A program made the translations under genes and the position numbers. Shown here one piece after another: positions 26,291 through 32,000 of a stretch of 32,000 bases of DNA. This DNA is from Cereibacter sphaeroides 2.4.1 (GTDB lineage Bacteria > Pseudomonadota > Alphaproteobacteria > Rhodobacterales > Rhodobacteraceae): positions 750,001-782,000 of the forward strand of contig NC_007493.2 in assembly GCF_000012905.2 (NCBI RefSeq). The letters are read 5' to 3'. The stretch's first letter is position 1; every line of letters begins with the position of its first letter. A model generated the notes under the pieces. It was not told the origin of the DNA. It saw nothing but the letters and a program-made list of their open reading frames with translations, and did not search any database.

Positions 26291-27157
26291 ATGGCCAGAC
26301 CGCGCATCTCGTTCGAGTTCTTCCCGCCGCAGACGCTCGAAGCGTCGTTCCGGCTGTGGGAAACCGCGCAGATGCTGGCGCCGCTGAAGCCCGATTTCGT
26401 GTCGGTGACCTACGGCGCGGGCGGCACCACGCGCAAGCTGACCCACGACGCGGTGGAGACGATCCACACCCACTACAAGCTGAATGTCGCGGCGCACCTG
26501 ACCTGCGTCGATGCCACGAAGGCCGAGACGCTGGAGATCGCGGCCTCCTATGCCGAGGCCGGGGTGACCGAGATCGTGGCGCTGCGCGGCGATGCGCCGA
26601 AGGGCGTCGACCGCTTCACGCCCCATCCCGAAGGGTTCGCGAGCTCTGTCGAGCTCGTCGAGGCGCTGGCCGCCACCGGCCGCTTCAAGCTGCGCGTCGG
26701 CGCCTATCCCGAGCCGCATCCGGATGCGGCCGATACGCTGGCCGACGTGCGCTGGCTCAAGCGCAAGATCGAGGCGGGCGCCACCTCGGCCATCACCCAG
26801 TTCTTCTTCGAGGCCGAGACCTTCCTGCGCTTCCGCGACCTCTGCGCCAAGGAAGGCATCACCGCGCCAATCATCCCGGGCATCCTGCCGATCGAGAACT
26901 GGTCGGGCGTGAAGAAGTTCGCCGCCCGCTGCGGAGCGCAGGTGCCGGGCTGGCTCGACGACGCCTTCGACCACGCCAGGCGCGACGGTCGCGAGGAGCT
27001 GTTCTCGGTCGCGCTCTGCACCGAGCTCTGCGACAGGCTCCTGTCGGAAGGGGTGGAGGATCTGCATTTCTACACGCTGAACCGCCCGACGCTGACGCGC
27101 GAAGTCTGCCATGCGCTGGGCATCCTGCCCGAGGTGGCGCTGCAGAACGTGGCCTGA
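26291..27157 (+). CDS. metF: 5,10-methylenetetrahydrofolate reductase
   Basis: 288 aa. The N-terminus is typical of MetF (ISFEFFPP..SVTYGAGG). GGAG lies 8 nt upstream of the ATG. Confidence 0.93.
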   Translation: MARPRISFEFFPPQTLEASFRLWETAQMLAPLKPDFVSVTYGAGGTTRKLTHDAVETIHTHYKLNVAAHLTCVDATKAETLEIAASYAEAGVTEIVALRGDAPKGVDRFTPHPEGFASSVELVEALAATGRFKLRVGAYPEPHPDAADTLADVRWLKRKIEAGATSAITQFFFEAETFLRFRDLCAKEGITAPIIPGILPIENWSGVKKFAARCGAQVPGWLDDAFDHARRDGREELFSVALCTELCDRLLSEGVEDLHFYTLNRPTLTREVCHALGILPEVALQNVA

Positions 27158-27277
27158 GAGCGCGGCGCCGAGGCCGCGCGCCCGATCCCGGAAGGCGGCC
27201 CCTGAAAGGGAAGATCCGCGCCGAGGGGATGGCCAGGCCTCGATGCCCCGGCGAGACACCCGAGACACCGCAAGAAC

Positions 27278-27302
27278 CGCCCGGAGGCCCCGCCTCCGGG
27301 CG
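27278..27302. terminator. Perfect 11-bp hairpin between convergent metF and bioY
   Basis: CGCCCGGAGGC-ccc-GCCTCCGGGCG is followed by TTGT on the + strand. It ends 6 nt from the bioY stop. Confidence 0.55.
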
Positions 27303-27308
27303 TTGTCG

Positions 27309-27854
27309 TCAGGAGCGCGAGAGCAGGACGCCCGGCCGCACGCGCGAGAGGCCGCGCGTGACGAGGCCCGCGATTGCGGCCTTCAGCACGTCGCCCGCGA
27401 TGAAGGGCGTGAGGAGAAGCGCCGCCTCGGGCAGCGTCTTGCCCAGCACGAAGGCCATGCCGACGAGGCCGAAGGCATAGAGCGCCACCACCCCGCCCAG
27501 AAGCGCGCCGACGAAGGCCGCGAGCGTCACCGGGACCGCCCGCCACTTCTCGACCACGAGGCCGGTCACGAAAGCCGCGACGGGGAAGCCCACCACGAAG
27601 CCCACCGTGGGGCCCGCGAGCACGCCGAGGCCGCCGCGCCCGCCCGACAGAAGCGGCAGGCCGAGGAAAACGAGGACGAGGAACAGCAGCACCGCCAGCG
27701 CACCGCGCCGGGCGCCCAGCACCGCGCCGCAGAGCATCACGCCCAGCGACTGCGCGGTGACCGGCACGCCCGACATCAGGGTGATCTGCGGCACCAGCCC
27801 CAGTACGGCGATCAGCGCGGCGAAGAGCGCGATCAGGGTCACGTTGCGTTCCAT
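27309..27854 (-). CDS. bioY: Biotin transporter BioY (ECF S-component)
   Basis: 181 aa from ATG 27854 (RBS GGGGAGAG). The BioY-like sequence includes PVTAQSLGVMLCGAVLG, GPTVGFVVGFP and FIAGDVLKA. It lies downstream of bioM and bioN. Confidence 0.85.
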   Translation of the reverse strand: MERNVTLIALFAALIAVLGLVPQITLMSGVPVTAQSLGVMLCGAVLGARRGALAVLLFLVLVFLGLPLLSGGRGGLGVLAGPTVGFVVGFPVAAFVTGLVVEKWRAVPVTLAAFVGALLGGVVALYAFGLVGMAFVLGKTLPEAALLLTPFIAGDVLKAAIAGLVTRGLSRVRPGVLLSRS

Positions 27855-27867
27855 CGGTCTCTCTCCC

Positions 27868-28458
27868 CTAGAGGCCGCCCCGGGCGCGGAGGGCCTCGGC
27901 CACCTGTTCGGCATCGTCGAGGGCTCCCAGCGCCAGCGGCGCCACGATCCGCCACGAGGGACGGCGGGGGCTCCGCGCGCGCCAGGCCTCGGCCAGCCGC
28001 TCTGCCCGCGCAAGTAGCACCGGCGTGAAGCGGATGACAAGCGCGATGGAGATGGCCAGCACCTGCGGCGCAAGGCCCACCCGTTGCAGCGGCCGCGCCA
28101 CCCGTTCGAGCACCGCGATCATATCGTCGAGCCGGGTGGTCATGGTCACCAGATTGGCCAGCGCCACCGCGATCAGAAGCTTGAGCGCGACCGCGCCGCC
28201 GCGGGCGAACTCGCCCGTCCAGCCGTGCCAGAGCGCGAGGATCAGAAGGAACGGCCAGAGCGGCCGCAGAAGGGCGAGCCCGTGGCGGGCGAAGGCCCGT
28301 CCCTGAGCGCCGTAAAGGAGCGCGGTGGCGAGGGCTGCCGGCGCGAGAAGGGGCAGGCTGTCGAGCGGCACGAGCGCCACCGCCGCCAGCGCCGTGAGCT
28401 TGGCGCCCGCGGGCAGGCGGTGCAGCGGCGTCTCAACCGGCGAGGTCAGCGTCAGCAT
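27868..28458 (-). CDS. bioN: ECF transporter transmembrane T-component BioN (CbiQ family)
   Basis: 196 aa with hydrophobic helices and an ..ARxxR.. coupling-helix-like region (LLARAERLAEAWRAR). Its start overlaps the bioM 3' end by 26 nt. Confidence 0.78.
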   Translation of the reverse strand: MLTLTSPVETPLHRLPAGAKLTALAAVALVPLDSLPLLAPAALATALLYGAQGRAFARHGLALLRPLWPFLLILALWHGWTGEFARGGAVALKLLIAVALANLVTMTTRLDDMIAVLERVARPLQRVGLAPQVLAISIALVIRFTPVLLARAERLAEAWRARSPRRPSWRIVAPLALGALDDAEQVAEALRARGGL

Positions 28459-29173
28459 CGAGGCTCCCCAGTCGGTTCATCTCGGCGCGGTAGGCCTCGA
28501 CCACATCCGCAGCCGGCCCGTCCGCCCGCACCCGCCCGCCCTCGAGCCAGATGGCGCGGTTGTAGCCTGTCACCACCGCCGGATCGTGGGTGATCGTCAC
28601 CAGCCGCTGCGGCAGCGCCGCAAGGCGCCGGGCGAGGCGGATCTGCGTGGGCAGGTCGAGCCCCGAGAAGGGTTCGTCGAGCAGGATCGTCCCGGGCGCC
28701 ATCGCGAGGACAGCAAGAAGGCACAGGAACTGCTTCTGACCCTGCGAGAGGGTGGCGACCGGCGCCGCCGCCCAATGGCCGCGGCCATGCGCCGCGAGCG
28801 TGGCCCGGGCCGCCGCGCGCGCCTCGTCGGCGCCGCGGCCCATCTGCTTCAGCCCGAAGGCCAGCTCCTCCTCCACCGTGGGAAAGATGATCTGATGTTC
28901 GGGATTCTGGAACAGGATGCCGATGGCGCCCAGCATGGCGCGCCGGTTCGTCGCGGGCTCGATCCCGTCCACCGTCACCCGTCCCGTCGTGGGCGCGATC
29001 AGCCCCGCCATCAGCCGCAGGAGCGTGGTCTTGCCCGACCCGTTGGGGCCCAGAATGGCGATCCGCTGCTCGGTCAGATGGAGCGAGATGTCCTGAAGGA
29101 TCGCGCGCCCTCCCACGCCGTAGGCGGCGCGGTCGAGGCGGAGGCCGGTCTCGGTGGGCGAAGCGAGCTGCAT
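28433..29173 (-). CDS. bioM: ECF transporter ATPase BioM
   Basis: 246 aa. Motifs are Walker A GPNGSGKTT, signature LSQGQKQ and Walker B ILLDEP. RBS AGAGG is present. The bioMNY order matches that described for Rhodobacter capsulatus. Confidence 0.85.
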   Translation of the reverse strand: MQLASPTETGLRLDRAAYGVGGRAILQDISLHLTEQRIAILGPNGSGKTTLLRLMAGLIAPTTGRVTVDGIEPATNRRAMLGAIGILFQNPEHQIIFPTVEEELAFGLKQMGRGADEARAAARATLAAHGRGHWAAAPVATLSQGQKQFLCLLAVLAMAPGTILLDEPFSGLDLPTQIRLARRLAALPQRLVTITHDPAVVTGYNRAIWLEGGRVRADGPAADVVEAYRAEMNRLGSLDADADLAG

Positions 29174-29270
29174 CCGCGCCTCTTAGCCGCCGCCGCCCCG
29201 CCTGTCAAGCGGACAGGGGATCCGCGCCTTGCTCTCGCGAGCGTTGCAAGGTCGAGGCTCCGTGCGCACG

Positions 29271-29493
29271 ATCAGCCCTGCCGAGACGGGGGGTGGCACC
29301 CTGCGCAGGAACGGTCCTGCCGGGGCGGGGCGGGGACGCTGCCGAAGCGGGGTGGGCCCCCCTAACCGCCTGACGGGGCGGCGTGTGCCCCTCGTGCAGG
29401 AGCAGCCCTGTTGGGACGGGGTGGGCCGCCTGCGCCGGATCGGCCCTTCCGGGCGGGGCGGCCCCCTGCGCAGGGTCAGCCCTGCCGGGCCGC
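29271..29493. repeat. Degenerate intergenic repeat with embedded palindromes (REP-like)
   Basis: CAGCCCTG occurs at 29273, 29403 and 29477. CCTGCGCAGG occurs at 29300-29309 and 29465-29474. CCGGGGCGGGGCGG-like runs follow each unit. The last copy overlaps the gabT-like stop. Confidence 0.6.
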
Positions 29494-30752
29494 TGCGACC
29501 GAGGCTTCGAGGATCTCCAGCGCCTCGGCGAAATGCGGCTCGGGGATGGTGATCGGCGCGAGGAAGCGGATCACGTTGCCATGGACGCCGCAGGTGAGCA
29601 GGATCAGCCCGCGCTTCAGCGCCTCCTCGCGCACCCGGTTGGTGAAGCCCGCGTCGGGCGCCTTCGAGCCGGGATCGGCAAATTCCGCGCCCACCATGAA
29701 GCCCGGGCCGCGGATGTCGGCGATCTCGGGCGCCGTGGCCCGGATCTCGGCCAGCTTCTGCTTCAGCCGGCTGCCGAGTTCGGTCGCGCGGGCGCAGAGG
29801 TTCTCCTCCTCGATCACGTCGAGCACCGCATGGGCCGCGGCGATGCCCAGCGGGTTGCCGCCGTAGGTGCCGCCGAGGCCGCCCGGATGGGCCGCGTCCA
29901 TGATCTCGGCCCGCCCCGTCACCGCGGCGATGGGCAGGCCCCCGCCCAGCCCCTTGGCCATGGTGACGAGGTCGGGCGCCACGTCATAGCCGTGCATGGC
30001 AAAGAGCGTGCCGGTGCGCGCGAAGCCCGTCTGCACCTCGTCGGCGATCATGACGATCCCGTGCGCATCGCAGAGCTGCCGGATCGCCCGCACCAGATCC
30101 GGCGGCGCGGGATAGAAGCCGCCCTCGCCCTGCACCGGCTCGAAGATGATCGCGGCCACGCGGCCCGGGTCGAGGTCGGCCTTGAAGAGCCGGGCGAGGG
30201 CCGCCATGGCCCCTCGGTCGAGATGCCGTGCAGCGCCTGCGGGAAGGGGACGTGGTAGACCTCGGGCATCATCGTGCCGAAGCCCTTCTTGTAGGGCTCG
30301 ACCTTGCCGGTGAGCGACATGGTCATGAAGGTGCGGCCGTGGAAGCCGCCGCCGAAGGCCACGACGGCCGAGCGCCCGGTGTGGATGCGCGCGATCTTGA
30401 TCGCATTCTCGACCGATTCGGCGCCGGTGGTGACGAAGACCGTCTTCTTGGGGAAGTCGCCCGGCGCCGCGGCATTCAGCCGCTCGGCGAGGCGGATGTA
30501 ATTCTCATAGGGCAGCACCTGATGGCAGGTGTGGGTGAAGCGGCCCATCTGCTCGGCGACCGCAGCCATGACCTTCGGGTGGCAGTGGCCGGTGTTCACC
30601 ACCGCGATGCCGGCCGCGAAATCGATGTAGCGGCGCCCCTCGATGTCCCAGATCTCGGCATTGACCGCGCGGTCGGCATAGATCTGGGTCTGCATCCCCA
30701 CGCCGCGCGACACGGCTTCGGTGCGGCGGCGGCTTACGTCGGCATTCAGCAT
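29476..30752 (-). pseudogene. gabT: Class-III PLP aminotransferase (4-aminobutyrate aminotransferase GabT-like), interrupted by a 1-nt frameshift near 30210-30213
   Basis: Track ORFs 30048..30887 (N-terminal half, real start ATG 30752 MLNADVSRRR..) and 29476..30207 (C-terminal half with the PLP-Lys motif DLVTMAKGLGGG) are collinear with E. coli GabT. The span is 1277 nt, which is 3n+2. Confidence 0.8.
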
Positions 30753-31004
30753 CACTGGCTCCCTCAAGGCCCCCGGGGGCGGATCCTCTCCTGACTGGAC
30801 CGGAGGGCGGCGGCTTTCTGTCCAGCGGGCGACAGGGCAGCGTCCGACTCCGGCCTCGGAGAGGATAACCGGCGGGCCGCCGTTCACCAGCCGTTAACCA
30901 TTCGCCCGCAGGCTCGGAGGCCGGTCGATCCTGCGGCTCCCGGCCGGGTCGCGACTTCCTCTCCGGCCGCCCGCGCGCGGCCGCCGCACCGGCGAAAGGC
31001 ATCC

Positions 31005-32000
31005 ATGCGGGCCAAGGCGCAGAAACCCATCTCTTCCCCGGCCGAGGCCGAGTGGCTCGACCGGCTGCGGCTGATCCGCTCGCGGCGGGTGGGGCCGGCC
31101 ACCTGGCGGCGGCTGATGGCCGAGCACGGAACGGCGGCCGGGGCGCTGGCGGCGCTGCCCGGCGTGGCGGCGGCGGCCGGGATCGAGGGCTACGAGGTCT
31201 GCCCGCTGCCCGTCGCGCTGAAGGAGATGGCGGCGGCGCGCGCGGCAGGCGCCGCGATGCTCTGGCTCGACGAGCCGGGCTATCCGCCTCTCCTCGGCCA
31301 GATCGGCGATGCGCCTCCCCTTCTCTGGCTGCAGGGCGATCCGGGCCTTCTGGCGCGGCCCATGGTCGCGCTGGTGGGGGCGCGCAACGCCTCGAGCCTC
31401 GGGCTGCGCATGGCGCGCAAGCTCGCCGCGGCGCTGGGCGAGGCGGGCTATGTCGTCGTCTCGGGCCTCGCCCGCGGCATCGATGCCGAGGCCCATGCGG
31501 CGGCGCTGGGGCAGGGGACGGTCGCGGTGCAGGCGGGGGGCGTGGATGTGATCTACCCGGCCGAGAATGCGGGCCTCGCCGCCGAGATCGCCGCCCGCGG
31601 CTGCCGGATCTCGGAGCAGCCCATGGGCCTCGTGCCGCAGGCCCGCCACTTCCCGCTGCGCAACCGCATCGTCTCGGGGCTGGCGCGCGCGGTGGTGGTG
31701 GTGGAGGCGGCGGCCCGGTCGGGCAGCCTCATCACGGCGCGCGAGGCGCTCGATCAGGGGCGCGAGGTGCTGGCGGTGCCGGGCCATCCGTTCGATCCGC
31801 GCGCGGCGGGCGGCAACCAGCTCATCCGCGAGGGCGCCACGCTGGTGCGCCATGCCGCCGATGTGATCGAGGCGATCGGCACGGCCCATCCCGCGGCGCG
31901 GTCGCCCGAGCCGCAGCCCGATCCGCCGCGCCGGCCTCTCTACGAGATCTCGGCCGTCCACAGCCGGATCCTCGACCGGCTGGGACCTGTGCCCGTGCCC
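31005..32000 (+). CDS. dprA: DNA-processing protein DprA (Smf), 5' part, running off the right edge
   Basis: I translated this by hand from ATG 31005: MRAKAQKPISSPAEAEWLDRLRLIRSRRVGPATWRRLM..VALVGARNAS..VVSGLARGIDAEAHAAAL..RNRIVSGLARAVVVVEAAARSGSLITAREALDQGREVLAVPG. The frame stays open to base 32000. It is absent from the ORF track because no stop falls in the window. Confidence 0.85.
   Translation, partial: MRAKAQKPISSPAEAEWLDRLRLIRSRRVGPATWRRLMAEHGTAAGALAALPGVAAAAGIEGYEVCPLPVALKEMAAARAAGAAMLWLDEPGYPPLLGQIGDAPPLLWLQGDPGLLARPMVALVGARNASSLGLRMARKLAAALGEAGYVVVSGLARGIDAEAHAAALGQGTVAVQAGGVDVIYPAENAGLAAEIAARGCRISEQPMGLVPQARHFPLRNRIVSGLARAVVVVEAAARSGSLITAREALDQGREVLAVPGHPFDPRAAGGNQLIREGATLVRHAADVIEAIGTAHPAARSPEPQPDPPRRPLYEISAVHSRILDRLGPVPVP

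Noticed and set aside
29201-29217. CCTGTC-aagcg-GACAGG upstream of bioM and a similar CTGTC-N8-GACAG(GG) at 30818-30835 upstream of the gabT-like gene, considered as a shared operator
   Set aside because: The arms are only 5-6 bp, the loops differ in length, and such dyads are frequent by chance in GC-rich DNA. No BioR-type TTATMKATAA site was seen either.
30894-31961. 355-aa minus-strand ORF
   Set aside because: It is antisense to the clearly recognisable dprA frame and is Arg-rich junk.

Overview
High-GC (about 68-70% by eye) alphaproteobacterial chromosomal segment. Gene content (bioMNY, putR/putA, metR/metF, an LpxH-like plcP) suggests a Rhodobacteraceae (Rhodobacter/Cereibacter-like) genome, but I cannot verify that from this window. 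I support about 29 protein-coding genes, one tRNA-Glu(UUC), several GC-rich hairpin terminators and two repeat regions. I saw no transposase, integrase, CRISPR array or recognisable defence gene. Most long ORFs in the six-frame track are antisense or out-of-frame artefacts of the GC content, or 5' over-extensions of shorter real genes. Main points, in order along the window: (1) A fully translationally coupled minus-strand operon, plcP-like metallophosphoesterase / GT21 / DedA / small GT2 (3485-6637), sits behind a Pho-box-like direct repeat. It is a candidate phosphate-starvation membrane-lipid remodelling system. (2) An orphan minus-strand operon (6771-14789) combines an SDR, a Pot-type ABC importer, a histidinol-dehydrogenase paralogue and an APH-fold kinase-like protein. 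(3) That operon is split, exactly between the binding-protein gene and the permease genes, by a 560-bp spacer. The spacer is made of degenerate, strongly strand-asymmetric tandem repeats that are C-rich on the mRNA and carry CUCCUCCC motifs. (4) putA and a gabT-like gene each carry an apparent single-base deletion in a G/C homopolymer, which could be real mutation or sequencing error. (5) A dprA gene runs off the right edge and is absent from the supplied ORF track. All functional calls rest on motif recognition by eye; no searches were run.
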